Positions 1 to 9,842 of a stretch of DNA of 64,000 nucleotides are shown here, piece by piece (positions within the stretch are counted from its first letter, which is position 1; each line of letters begins with the position of its first letter). Position numbers and translations under genes: made by a program. The notes under the pieces were generated by a model. That model worked only from the letters and a program-made list of their open reading frames with translations. It was not told the origin of the DNA and made no database searches. The stretch is from contig CAVOKF010000003.1 in NCBI GenBank assembly GCA_963696385.1, forward strand, positions 512,001 to 576,000, read 5' to 3'. This DNA comes from an uncultured delta proteobacterium (GTDB taxonomy: Bacteria; Myxococcota_A; Polyangia; Polyangiales; Polyangiaceae).

Positions 1-3000
1 GCGCGACGCGCTGCGGGCGATCTGAGGGGCGCGTCCCTGGCCATCGCAAACGCGCGTGAAAGCGACTCCCTGGATGCTGCGCTTCAGCAAGAATACGCTT
101 CGACGATCATCGAGCGCATCGCGGGAGGCGAGGCCGTATCTGCTCCGGAGCGGACCGTTGGCGCCGAGCTCCTCGTCGGCCTGGCGGAGGCCTACGACGG
201 CGAGCACGGGCTCGCGTATTCGAGCGGCGCTCTCGACATCGACCCCGGCCACGATCGGGCGATGCAGCTTTACGCGTACTACGCGCGTGCCCTGCAGCGC
301 GAGGGCGACGTTTCATCGCGCTATCTCGCCTACATTCAAACGAATCCGGACGGCGCTCTTGCCCCCGACGCGCGATGGTCGCTCGCCGCCAGCTACGAGG
401 CGGCCGGGCAACCGAACGAAGCCATCCGCGTTCTCGAGCCGCTGGGCGTTGCAGGCGACCCGCAAGCGACTGCGCACCTGCGGGAGCTCTACGCGCTCCT
501 GGGGGAGAGCGCTTCGCCGATGGTCACCCCGCCTGCGCCGGCGTCTCCCGCGCCGAGCGAAACGGCCGCGACGCACCCACCGCCCCCCCCGCGACCGTTG
601 AGCGCCATCGAGAAGGCGCAATCGCTGGCTACGGCGGGGAAGCGCGACGAGGCGTACGCGGCGTACCTTGGCGTCCTCGACCGCGATCCGGCTCAGGCCG
701 AAGCCCTGTCCTGGGTCGAGGATTACCTGCGGACGACTCGGGAGTACCGCGCACTGCGCGATGTTCTGGTGGCCGCGGCGGGCGCGCCGGGCAGCCCCGT
801 CGACTGGCGGCAACAGAAACTGCGCGAAGTGGCTGCGCTGAGCGAAGGCAACCTGCGCGACCCGGGGGGCGCGATAGAAGCTTGGAAGCAGCTTCTTCTC
901 TTGGATCGCGGCGACGAGGTGGCCCGCCAGTCACTGACGCGCGCGCTCGAGAAGTCTCAACGCTGGGACGACCTCGCCGCTCTTCTCGAGCGCGAGGCGA
1001 CTCAGGAAAGCGATCTCGAGAAAAAAATTGCGCTCGAAAAGCGGCTCGCCGCACTGCACGAGCACAAGACGCTCGATTTCGGCAAAGCGGGAGAGGCGTG
1101 GGAGCACATCGCCCATCTCACGCCCGAAGACGACGATGCCATCCTGACGGCGTCTCTGCTCTACGAGAGAGCGGGCACGTTCGAACGTGCCGCACAAATC
1201 ATTGCGGCCGGCGCCTCTGGGGTCGACGACGTCGCAGCCCGCGCCACACTGCTCGAGCGTTTGGGCCTGCTCCGCGAGCGACTCCAGGACGCCGCCGGCG
1301 CCGGCGAAGCTTACTCGGAGGCCGCGACCGCTCAGCCGAGCGCAAGGCTCTGGGACGCAGCCGAGCGCTGCTTGGTCACTGCGGGCCAATGGGAGCGCGC
1401 GGGCCTGGCAACGAATCACCGCTCGGAGCTCGAGCCGACACCGAATGCCAAGGGACGCCATCTCGCGCGCGCGGCCAATCACTTTGCCCGTGCCGGGGAC
1501 GAGAACGCGGTCATCGAAAACCTCGAGAAGGCCACCGACCTCGACCCTTCGAGCGACGAGTTCGCGACGCGTCTTGCAGAGCGCTACACGGTCGCCGCCC
1601 GTTGGCCCGAACTGGTCGCCCTTTTCTCGAAGCGCGGGGATCGGATCGCGGACCGTGAAAAGCGCGTGGCCGCGCGACGCGAAGCCGCGCGTCTTCTCAC
1701 GAGCCGACTCGCTGACCCGCGAGCCGCCAGCGAGACCTGGCGCAAAGTGCTCGAAGACGGCGACGACAAGGAGGCCCTTGAGCGGCTCGTCGACGACGCG
1801 GTCGAGCGCGAAGACTACGAAGAAGCGACACAGCTGCTGCGTCGGTTGGAAAAAGTCGCTGCCGACGGGCCCGAGCGCGCTCGCATCGCGTTGCGTGAAG
1901 CCGAGCTCGTTGCCGACGGTCTGGGCGACGTCGACACGGCGGTCGCACGCTACGAGCGAATCCTCGCCGAGTTGGACTCGCGCTGTCGGCCCGCGCTCCA
2001 GGCCATCGCCGACCTCCAGGAGGCGCGCGACAGGCCGGCGGCGGCCGCCGATGCACTCGAGCGCGAAATCACGCTCGTCGAGGGTGGGGCCGAGCGTGGA
2101 CCGATCGCAAGCCGACTCGCACGCCTGTACGAGCAACTCGATGACTTGCCCAATGCCATTCGCGCGCTCGAGATCGTTCGCATTTCTGATCCGGACGACT
2201 TCGACGCATTGGGCCGCTTGTGCGAACTGTGCGAGAAAACGAAGGAGTGGGCCAAGCTCGCAGAGCTTTTGGCTCAGCGCATCGACGTCGAAGCCGATGA
2301 TGGCGAGATCAGCCAGTTGACCAACAAGCTCGCTCGGATCCTCGCAGACGAACTCGATCGTGGGGACGAGGCGCTCGCCGTTTTGACCGAACTCGCCGAC
2401 GGCGGCGACGAGGGCATTCGCAAGACCTACGTCGAATTGGGCGATCGACTCGGATGGCGCGGGATCGTCGCGGGCAAACTGGTCGAATGGTGGTTCGGTG
2501 CCAAGCCGAGTGCCGAGCGCACGCCGTTCCTGCGTGGAGCGTTCGAGCGATTCGCAGAAGTCGGGCGCGACGAGGAAGCCGTGCGCGTCGGCTGCGAAAT
2601 CGTACGAAGCAGAGGCGGGGATCTCGACCTGGGCCGGCACCTCGAAGCGCTCGCCGTGAAGATGCGCGATCTGGACGCGATCTCGACCGCACACGATCTG
2701 CTGGAGCGCGACCTCAGCGGCGCCGCAAGGGCCGAGGAGCTCGTGCGGCAAGCGGAAGTGAGGCACAAGAACGGAGCGCCGCGGCTCGAGGCGTTGCACC
2801 ACGGGGAACTGGGTCTGACCAGCATCGCCCCGGCGAAGGCCGAAGAGCTGCTTCAACGTCTTGCCGCGATTGCCGAAGAGGCGACGGACGTGATCGACCT
2901 GTATGAGCGGCAGATCGGACGTTGCAAGACGCCGTCTGACCGCGTGGCGGCACTTGCGCGCGCCGCTCAGGTAGCCGGAGCGTTCGAACAGATGGATCGA

Positions 3001-4482
3001 GCGAGGGCGCTGTTCGATCTCGCGCTCAGCGGAACGCCGACGGATGACGCCGTGAAGACGCTCGAGGAGGCGGCGCGAGAGGCGGATGCACACATCGACG
3101 GCAACCGGATGCGCCATGCGCTGAGCATGTCGATGTCGAGCGGCGGCCAGGGAGCCCGCGACGGTGGACGAACGCGTGGCGCACTGCTGCGTCGAGCCGC
3201 TTCCATCGCGCACAGCGAGCTGGGCGACGACGAGCAGGCATTCGCATGGCTGGGAGACGCCCTGGTCGCCCATGTCGAAGCACCGACTCTCGACATGCTG
3301 GACGGGCTCGCCAAGGAGCTTCGGGATCCGCAGCGAGCGGAGGCCACGTTGTCGCGGGCGCTCCTGGACGTCTTTGACGGACCGCTCGTCCGCCAACTTC
3401 TTGCACGGCGGGCCAGACTTCGGCGAGACGATTTGAAAGACAAAGCTGGCGCGGCCAGCGATCTCAAGAAGTTGTACGAACTCGGTCCGGGCGAGCCGTC
3501 GGTCGTCGACGAACTCTCAGCGCTGCTCACGGAAATCGGAGACCACCGATCCAGGGTGCAGCTTTACGAAGATCAGATTCTGCGCGGAAAAGAAGTGCAC
3601 GATCGCGCCGATCTGGCCCGCCGCGTGGCCGGCATGTGGGAAAACGAGCTAGCCGATCCTCGCGAGGCCGCGGACGCGTGGCGACGGGTCCTGCGGATGA
3701 AGCCCGGAGACGCCGAGGCCGTTGCTGGGCTCGAGCGCGCCAAGGCGAACATGCTCCGCCGACCTGCACCAGCGGTTTCCGGCGACGACGTCGATACGAC
3801 CGCGCCGGCGGAGGCTTCTCGGGACGTATCGTCCATGACACCGGAAGCCACTGCTGGCGGATCCGAACTCGCGGGGTCCGAGGAGAGCCCGGGCCGATCT
3901 GGCGTGACGCGAGACGCAAACATGAGCGGGTCCGAAACCGCGCAGACTCGAGATGAGCCCGCGGATTCTGCTGGCGTTCTGCACCAGGGGCAGGACGCCG
4001 AGGGCGCACGATCCACGTACGACGACCGCGCTCGGACGATGGGCATCACCGCCTGCGCGGACGAAACCGGCGACCGCGGCATCGAGGGCGAACCGATCGG
4101 TGCGTCACCCGCCATCACCCCTTCCTTGGTCGACGACCGTCACGACCCGGCCAAGGCCATCCCGATCGCGGTGGAGGAAGCTCTGGCCCCGGACGTGTTG
4201 CCTGTTGTAGACGCCCAGGCATTGCCCGATTCATCGAACTCTGCGCACGACGCGTCCGCGGCGCTCACCCACCCGATCGAAGCCGCGAATGAAGGTGCGC
4301 AAGCCATCGACGGCGAAGAGCTGGCAGCCGACGCCGAAGAAGACGTGGTCATCGCCGACGACTTTGCCGAGATCATCGACGATGAAGACGAAGTCGTCCC
4401 AGTAGAAGCCGAGGCGGCCGCGAACAAGGAGCCATCCGGACCCACCAAGCGAAGCGTTCCGCCCCCGCTGCCGCGTACATAG
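1..4482 (+). CDS. Very large TPR/alpha-solenoid repeat protein (AgmK-like myxobacterial type), 5'-truncated by the window edge
   Basis: Frame 1 is open from base 1 into the 262..4482 ORF. It has many helical TPR-like repeats (e.g. AIEAWKQLLLLD, AADAWRRVLRMKP) and an acidic low-complexity tail ending SVPPPLPRT. Confidence 0.8.
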   Translation, partial: ARRAAGDLRGASLAIANARESDSLDAALQQEYASTIIERIAGGEAVSAPERTVGAELLVGLAEAYDGEHGLAYSSGALDIDPGHDRAMQLYAYYARALQREGDVSSRYLAYIQTNPDGALAPDARWSLAASYEAAGQPNEAIRVLEPLGVAGDPQATAHLRELYALLGESASPMVTPPAPASPAPSETAATHPPPPPRPLSAIEKAQSLATAGKRDEAYAAYLGVLDRDPAQAEALSWVEDYLRTTREYRALRDVLVAAAGAPGSPVDWRQQKLREVAALSEGNLRDPGGAIEAWKQLLLLDRGDEVARQSLTRALEKSQRWDDLAALLEREATQESDLEKKIALEKRLAALHEHKTLDFGKAGEAWEHIAHLTPEDDDAILTASLLYERAGTFERAAQIIAAGASGVDDVAARATLLERLGLLRERLQDAAGAGEAYSEAATAQPSARLWDAAERCLVTAGQWERAGLATNHRSELEPTPNAKGRHLARAANHFARAGDENAVIENLEKATDLDPSSDEFATRLAERYTVAARWPELVALFSKRGDRIADREKRVAARREAARLLTSRLADPRAASETWRKVLEDGDDKEALERLVDDAVEREDYEEATQLLRRLEKVAADGPERARIALREAELVADGLGDVDTAVARYERILAELDSRCRPALQAIADLQEARDRPAAAADALEREITLVEGGAERGPIASRLARLYEQLDDLPNAIRALEIVRISDPDDFDALGRLCELCEKTKEWAKLAELLAQRIDVEADDGEISQLTNKLARILADELDRGDEALAVLTELADGGDEGIRKTYVELGDRLGWRGIVAGKLVEWWFGAKPSAERTPFLRGAFERFAEVGRDEEAVRVGCEIVRSRGGDLDLGRHLEALAVKMRDLDAISTAHDLLERDLSGAARAEELVRQAEVRHKNGAPRLEALHHGELGLTSIAPAKAEELLQRLAAIAEEATDVIDLYERQIGRCKTPSDRVAALARAAQVAGAFEQMDRARALFDLALSGTPTDDAVKTLEEAAREADAHIDGNRMRHALSMSMSSGGQGARDGGRTRGALLRRAASIAHSELGDDEQAFAWLGDALVAHVEAPTLDMLDGLAKELRDPQRAEATLSRALLDVFDGPLVRQLLARRARLRRDDLKDKAGAASDLKKLYELGPGEPSVVDELSALLTEIGDHRSRVQLYEDQILRGKEVHDRADLARRVAGMWENELADPREAADAWRRVLRMKPGDAEAVAGLERAKANMLRRPAPAVSGDDVDTTAPAEASRDVSSMTPEATAGGSELAGSEESPGRSGVTRDANMSGSETAQTRDEPADSAGVLHQGQDAEGARSTYDDRARTMGITACADETGDRGIEGEPIGASPAITPSLVDDRHDPAKAIPIAVEEALAPDVLPVVDAQALPDSSNSAHDASAALTHPIEAANEGAQAIDGEELAADAEEDVVIADDFAEIIDDEDEVVPVEAEAAANKEPSGPTKRSVPPPLPRT

Positions 4483-4487
4483 CGCGT

Positions 4488-5405
4488 TCAATTCACTGGG
4501 GGTGCGCTTTCGGCAGGTACCCCCAACCGAATGTCGCCATCCCCCACTGCGGCTGGCTGGCCCAAGACGAAGGCGTCGTTAACGTCGCCGTGCCCAAAGG
4601 GCGCGCCGAACAGCACGGGGATACCGAGCGATCGCGTCCGCTCTTCGAGAACCTCCCCGATGGTGGGCCCATCTGCACCCTCGACGCGGCAGCGGTCGAA
4701 CGCTCCGAAGACGAGCGCGGACACATTCGCGAGATGGCCGCCCAGTACGAGAGAGGTCAGCATGCGATCGATTCTGTATGGCAGCTCGGCAACATCCTCG
4801 AGCGCGAGAACGCTTCCGCGGGGCACCGAGAGGCGACCGCCGGCGGCCAGGGCATGAAGGACTGCGAGGTTGCCACCGATCAGGGGACCTTGCGCGAACC
4901 CTCCGTGCAACACCCGTAGCCCCCGCCACTGCCGTCGAGCGGTCGGCCTCTCGAGGGCCCCAATCCAAGCCGCTCGCAGACGTGGCGTCGCCCGACTTCC
5001 CAGGCCAACCACGTTCGGACCGTGAATGGATGCCACCCCCGCTCGCCACGCCGCGGCATGGAGTACCGTGATATCGCTGAAGCCCACGAGCCACTTCGGC
5101 CGCAGGGCGAACTTGCCCCAAGGCAGATCGTCGATCATGCGTATTGCACCGTAGCCTCCACGAGTCGCGACAATCGCGCCGACCTCCGGGTCGAGCATCG
5201 CGCGCGAAAGCTCACTTCTCCGCCTGGCGTCGTCGCCCGCCAGATACCCGTCGCGGGAGAGTGCCCCTACGGACATCCGAAGTCGATAGCGGGCCCGAAG
5301 CCACCCCAGACCTCGCCAGAGCTCCTCTCGAGAACACGGACCCGACGGAGCGACCACGGCAGCCATGTCGCCCGGCGCGAGCGGTGCCGGAAATGCCAGC
5401 TGCAC
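4488..5405 (-). CDS. LD-carboxypeptidase (peptidase S66 family)
   Basis: Motifs VVAPSGP, RGGYG, LVGFSDIT (catalytic Ser), GGNL, LEDV (Glu) and FGHG (His). Confidence 0.93.
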   Translation of the reverse strand: MQLAFPAPLAPGDMAAVVAPSGPCSREELWRGLGWLRARYRLRMSVGALSRDGYLAGDDARRRSELSRAMLDPEVGAIVATRGGYGAIRMIDDLPWGKFALRPKWLVGFSDITVLHAAAWRAGVASIHGPNVVGLGSRATPRLRAAWIGALERPTARRQWRGLRVLHGGFAQGPLIGGNLAVLHALAAGGRLSVPRGSVLALEDVAELPYRIDRMLTSLVLGGHLANVSALVFGAFDRCRVEGADGPTIGEVLEERTRSLGIPVLFGAPFGHGDVNDAFVLGQPAAVGDGDIRLGVPAESAPPVN

Positions 5406-5745
5406 CTGCGAAGCATAACGCCGTTGAGCGCGGGCGGTTCGGCCTTTCCGGCCCTGCTCGTGGACCAGTTCGCGCGCTGTCGCGATACCGCGACGAACGT
5501 TCTACGCACTCCATCGAGACGTCGGTCGCGCCGCGCAAAGGACTCGCCAGATGGCACAATGTGACACACTGCCGCGGCGCGAGCGCTGCGGAAACTTCGC
5601 ACATGGGCAGGCACGAGCCGTGTTGCGGCAACGATCGATGAACCAGCCTCGAACCGACAAAAGCGCGAGCGACTCGGCACATCGCCCGGATCGGAGCGTG
5701 TTGGCGCCCGCTGGAGTTCGCGGGGCAGTAGACTGCGTGCCCATC

Positions 5746-7227
5746 ATGCGCCTTCGCGCCGTTCTAGGTTTCCGAACTTTGTTCACGCTGCGCCGCTCCT
5801 GGATATGGCTTCTCTTGGTCGTTGGCCTCATCTACGGGTGTCGGTTGAATCGACCCGAAACAGGCCGCCTGGAAGACGGCAAATGGCTCTATGCGTACGA
5901 CGAGAACTATACCGTTTTGACAGCGCGTCGCATCGCAGTCGGCGACAAGAACGTATGGGACGCGTGGCGGCATCCGGACGACGGGGCGGACCGGCGATTT
6001 ACGTCGATTTTCAGCACAGCCGATCTGGGTAACGACGACAGTCGCTATGAGTGGGTGCATCCGCCAACGCCCCGGGTCATCATGGCCGCGATCATTCGGA
6101 TCGCCGGGATGAATCCGGCCCTTTATCGCATTCCGAGCGTGCTGCTCGGGCTGCTCATCGTCGGGATGGTGTGGGTCGTCGGCAACCGGATGCGCGGGCC
6201 TGGTTTCGGCCTGTTCGCGGCGACACTCACTGCGGCCGATGGGTGGCTTTTCTGTCTGTCGCGCGTCGGAATGACCGACATCTATTACATCTCCATGACC
6301 GTCGCGGCGTACGCCGCTTTTTACATCTACTGGACAACCCCAACACGACGCATTCGCTGGATCGCCATCGTCGGCGCCGTGTGCGGCGCAGCACTCGCCA
6401 TGAAATGGAGTGCGCTCGCCCCCATCATGGGTCTGGTCGGGCTCACCGTCGCGCGCATCGCGCTGGATTGGCGAAACTCACCCGCGACTCGCGCCCAGAC
6501 GGTCCGAGAGGCGGGCGCCGCACTCGCGTCGTTCGCAGTCCTGCCCCCGCTCATTTACTTTGCGTCGTTCTGGCCATTCTTTGCGGCCGGCCATTCCCTC
6601 GACGAGTGGGTCAAGCTTCACAAAGCGATCGTCGACTACAATATGGGCGCGCCCGCGTCGTCGCCGGGATCTTCACGCTGGTATCAATGGCCGCTCGACC
6701 GCGGGTCTACCTGGTTTCTCACACGGGCCAAGAACGGATCCTGCCAGTACACGTACGCCTCGGGCAACTGGTTCGCGTGGTGGCCATTCGTCCCCGCAAT
6801 GTGTTACGCGGCCGAGCAGTTCACGAGCGAACCCAAGTTCGAGCGCGCGTTCGTCATCGTGGGTGGCTGCGCCACCTGGCTTCCCTACGCGATGGTGCAT
6901 CGGTTCGTCTACACTCGCTACTTCGCCGCCACCGTACCGTTCAGCGCTCTCGCCATTTCGATGGCCATCTTCGATCTCGACTCCTATTGTCGCGCGTGGA
7001 TCGAAGAGATGAGAGCTGCCCGGTCGGGCGAGGCCGCGGGGCACAACGACACGATGGCGCGGCTGAGGGCGCTCGCGTCCCGGATCGGGCAGGCTCTGCG
7101 TCCGATGTATATCGGCGCGGCCGTCGTGTTCTTCGCCCTTCGCTACCCGCTGTGGGCCGGAGTGCCGCTGCCATGCAATTCCGTCCAAGGAAGGTCGTTC
7201 ACCGAATGGGTTCATGCCTTCCGCTGA
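5746..7227 (+). CDS. Lipid-carrier-dependent glycosyltransferase, protein O-mannosyltransferase (PMT/GT39)-like
   Basis: YDE motif after the first TM helix, HPP motif, MKWS, SSRWYQWP and GN motifs, multiple TM helices. Start chosen at ATG 5746; the ORF is open from 5551. Confidence 0.82.
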   Translation: MRLRAVLGFRTLFTLRRSWIWLLLVVGLIYGCRLNRPETGRLEDGKWLYAYDENYTVLTARRIAVGDKNVWDAWRHPDDGADRRFTSIFSTADLGNDDSRYEWVHPPTPRVIMAAIIRIAGMNPALYRIPSVLLGLLIVGMVWVVGNRMRGPGFGLFAATLTAADGWLFCLSRVGMTDIYYISMTVAAYAAFYIYWTTPTRRIRWIAIVGAVCGAALAMKWSALAPIMGLVGLTVARIALDWRNSPATRAQTVREAGAALASFAVLPPLIYFASFWPFFAAGHSLDEWVKLHKAIVDYNMGAPASSPGSSRWYQWPLDRGSTWFLTRAKNGSCQYTYASGNWFAWWPFVPAMCYAAEQFTSEPKFERAFVIVGGCATWLPYAMVHRFVYTRYFAATVPFSALAISMAIFDLDSYCRAWIEEMRAARSGEAAGHNDTMARLRALASRIGQALRPMYIGAAVVFFALRYPLWAGVPLPCNSVQGRSFTEWVHAFR

Positions 7228-7269
7228 AGGCGACCCGTCGGTAGCGTCTGCCAAAGCGCCCGATCGTTT

Positions 7270-7369
7270 GGGGCGAAGCCCCAAGAAGTCATTTTAGTAC
7301 AGCGCCAGCCTGCAACGCAGACGTACCCAGCGCAGCAGGGTACCGCTCCCACGGGGCGCAGTACCGAAG
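7270..7369 (+). repeat. Dispersed structured intergenic repeat, copy 1
   Basis: GGGGCGAAGCCCCAAGAAGTCATTTTAGTACAGCGCCAGCCTGCAACGCAG... aligns with the reverse complement of 26795-26896. Confidence 0.85.
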
Positions 7370-7462
7370 AGCGCCTTGACCCCCCGTTTCCCCCGAAACC
7401 TCACAGCATCGCGCTACCGACGGAGGCGAAACGATTTCGGCGCACGCGCTCGGACGGCCCTT

Positions 7463-7687
7463 TCACCGCAGCCGGCCATCGAGCGCGATTGCCGCGTTGG
7501 CCGTCATGGTCGCTTCTCGAAGCAGGCGCAGCGCCGCGGTTTGATCCGCCGACGGAGGCGTGTTGGCAAGGATGACCGCCGCGAAGTGCTTCGCGGCGGC
7601 GTGGATCGCTTCATAGTGATGGAGCTTTTCGGGCGTCGGATGGTGGTGGGTGAAAACGTAGTCGGGATCGAAATCGGCGGGGCTCAT
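7463..7687 (-). CDS. Small helical-hairpin protein resembling the Acb2/Tad1-hairpin family
   Basis: Strong SD (AAGAGGAG) just upstream of the ATG. Pattern FTHH-P...YEAI..AAK.FA..I....P.S.....A...L.EA.M.ANAAIA matches my recollection of that family. Confidence 0.7.
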   Translation of the reverse strand: MSPADFDPDYVFTHHHPTPEKLHHYEAIHAAAKHFAAVILANTPPSADQTAALRLLREATMTANAAIALDGRLR

Positions 7688-7745
7688 CGAGATCTCCTCT
7701 TGCTCGATGAATACCCCCGACCCGACCGTTGTCGCACGGCTTAAG

Positions 7746-8240
7746 CTAAGGGGAGGTCGCTGAAGTCGCTAGGGCGGCCGTTCCCTCGTACCCGCAGCTC
7801 GCGGGCCCGAGAGCGGCCGTGGCGTTCGTCGTGGAGGCGTCGACGCTCGTCGGAAGGATGAACGAGACCGTCTGGACGTAGTTGCTTGGCGGGTTGGTGA
7901 CGGCCGTCGATGTGCCGCCGCACGAGACCGTTTGTCCGCAGATGAGGTCGATTTGACAGCTGCCCGCCGGACACCCCACGCAGGTTTCCCCGTTCAACGA
8001 CACGGACGCCCCCGACAGAGAAATCTGGATCGACTGCGGAGTGGTCGACGAGCAGTCGCCGCTGAGATTCTCGCTCTGCCCGGTCGGCGACAGCGTCAGC
8101 GAATACGTTCCGTCCGGCTTCGCGCACTCCGGTGCGGTGGTCGCCCCCGACGAGGACGAACAGCCGATGGATGCCGCAGTCGCCGCCGTTGCGACCACCC
8201 AAAAGGAGATCCGGCGCGAGAAAGCGCGTTCGTGAGACAT
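7746..8240 (-). CDS. Hypothetical Cys-rich lipoprotein
   Basis: Signal peptide with lipobox-like ASIGC, Ser/Thr linker and paired cysteines. Confidence 0.7.
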   Translation of the reverse strand: MSHERAFSRRISFWVVATAATAASIGCSSSSGATTAPECAKPDGTYSLTLSPTGQSENLSGDCSSTTPQSIQISLSGASVSLNGETCVGCPAGSCQIDLICGQTVSCGGTSTAVTNPPSNYVQTVSFILPTSVDASTTNATAALGPASCGYEGTAALATSATSP

Positions 8241-8280
8241 CGTGGCCACTTCCCCTCCCCCCCACGGGTCGCGCGACACT

Positions 8281-9618
8281 TCAGGGCACGCTACCCGATG
8301 TCGCCATCACGGATTTCACATCACCGCCTTCGTCCTCGTCACCGTCCTTCGGATTCGGAAACGGAGCCTTCCAAGCGGCGATAACGCTCGGAATAGACGC
8401 GATGAGAACGAAGATGAAGAATGTACGATACCCCATGCGATCGGCCAGCCACCCGCTGGCGCCCTGTGTGGGGATGAGAACCAGGTTCATGAGCGACGTG
8501 GCGAATGCGTAATGCGTCATCTTGTACTTGCCGGGCGCAATCTGCTGCATCATGTACAGCATGTTTCCGGTAAATCCGAAACTATAACCGAACTTCTCGA
8601 TGCTCACGAGAAGCAAGATGAGCGTGAAGGGCAACTGCCGGTCGGGTGTCGCCGCGTGGCTCAAGAAAATGTAGCAGAGATGCGGGATATTCATGCAGAG
8701 CGCGAGAACGAACAGCGTTCGCTTCAGCGTGTATTTTGCAATGAATACGCCGGCGAGCAACCCGGCTACCGAGCCCATGACCGTGCTCACCGTTCCGTCG
8801 ACCCAGGCCTTCTGGGTCAGCGTGAGACCGAGTCCCCCGCTCGCCAACGGAGCCTGGATGAAAAGGGGCGCTTCTTGCAACAAGAAGCCTTCGCCGCTTC
8901 GATACAAGAAGACGAACAGAAGCATTCCCCAAATCGATTTTTTTCGGAAGAACGCTTTGACCTCGTCCCAGAACGTCTCGAAAATCTCCGCGGCTCCCTC
9001 GGGCCTATGGGAGATAGACCCCGTCGGAAGCATGAAATAATGATAGACGCCGAGCGCCCCCATCGATGCCGACGCGAGTCCGACGGCCTCGGTCCAGGCG
9101 GTCTTGGCGTCGTGACCCGCGCGCTCCAACGCGCCGGCGGTGGCGACGATCGCCGCCGTGGCGAAGATGCGGCCGACGTTCCAGCAAACCCCTTGGACCC
9201 CGATCCACGCCGCTTGCTGTTCTTTTGTGAGGGCGCTGATGTAGATGCCGTCTACGCAAATGTCCTGAGTGGCCGACGCAAACGCGAGAATCCACAACGT
9301 CCCGATGACTAGCGTGAAATAGTTCGGCAAGTGGAGAGACACGCCGACAGCGGCAAGGAGTGCGCAGAGAACGAATTCCATCGAGAGGACCCAGAACTTT
9401 TTGGTCCGGGACATATCGAGGAAGCCGGCCCAAAACGGCTTGAGTGACCATGCGATACCAATGGAAGCCGTGCTGAGGGTAATTTGACCGTCCGTGTAGC
9501 CCAAATCCTTGAACATCGTGCCCACGACCCAGGTCACCATCGCAAAAGGGATCCCCTCGGCGAGGTACGAGGTCGGCACCCATGCTCCGGGATGGCGCAC
9601 GCGATTGCTCCCGTTCAT
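8281..9618 (-). CDS. MFS transporter, AmpG-like
   Basis: EGIPF, WSLKPFW and SATQDICVDG motifs, about 12 TM helices, THYAFATSLM. Start approximate. Confidence 0.88.
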   Translation of the reverse strand: MNGSNRVRHPGAWVPTSYLAEGIPFAMVTWVVGTMFKDLGYTDGQITLSTASIGIAWSLKPFWAGFLDMSRTKKFWVLSMEFVLCALLAAVGVSLHLPNYFTLVIGTLWILAFASATQDICVDGIYISALTKEQQAAWIGVQGVCWNVGRIFATAAIVATAGALERAGHDAKTAWTEAVGLASASMGALGVYHYFMLPTGSISHRPEGAAEIFETFWDEVKAFFRKKSIWGMLLFVFLYRSGEGFLLQEAPLFIQAPLASGGLGLTLTQKAWVDGTVSTVMGSVAGLLAGVFIAKYTLKRTLFVLALCMNIPHLCYIFLSHAATPDRQLPFTLILLLVSIEKFGYSFGFTGNMLYMMQQIAPGKYKMTHYAFATSLMNLVLIPTQGASGWLADRMGYRTFFIFVLIASIPSVIAAWKAPFPNPKDGDEDEGGDVKSVMATSGSVP

Positions 9619-9842
9619 GGCCGGGGTCGTAAACGAGCGGGCGCCGATTGTAAACGCCGAGTTTGCCTCGCATCGGGCCCCTGCCGCGCGGGCTTCGGAG
9701 CCTTGACTCTCGCCCAGGCACGCCGAAGCCTCGGGCATCCCGAACCCGCGTGACTCACGGGCTGTGGGCGAGCAGCGACGCTTCGTACGTCCTGAGCGGC
9801 CCTTAACCGGTGCGTCGAACGTCCCGTCGCTCATGTGGGGAG

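Noticed and set aside
931..3396. Long antisense ORFs (821 aa here; also 13992..15611, 16366..18096, 24853..26424 and others)
   Set aside because: Shadow frames opposite well-supported genes; expected in high-GC DNA and without motifs.
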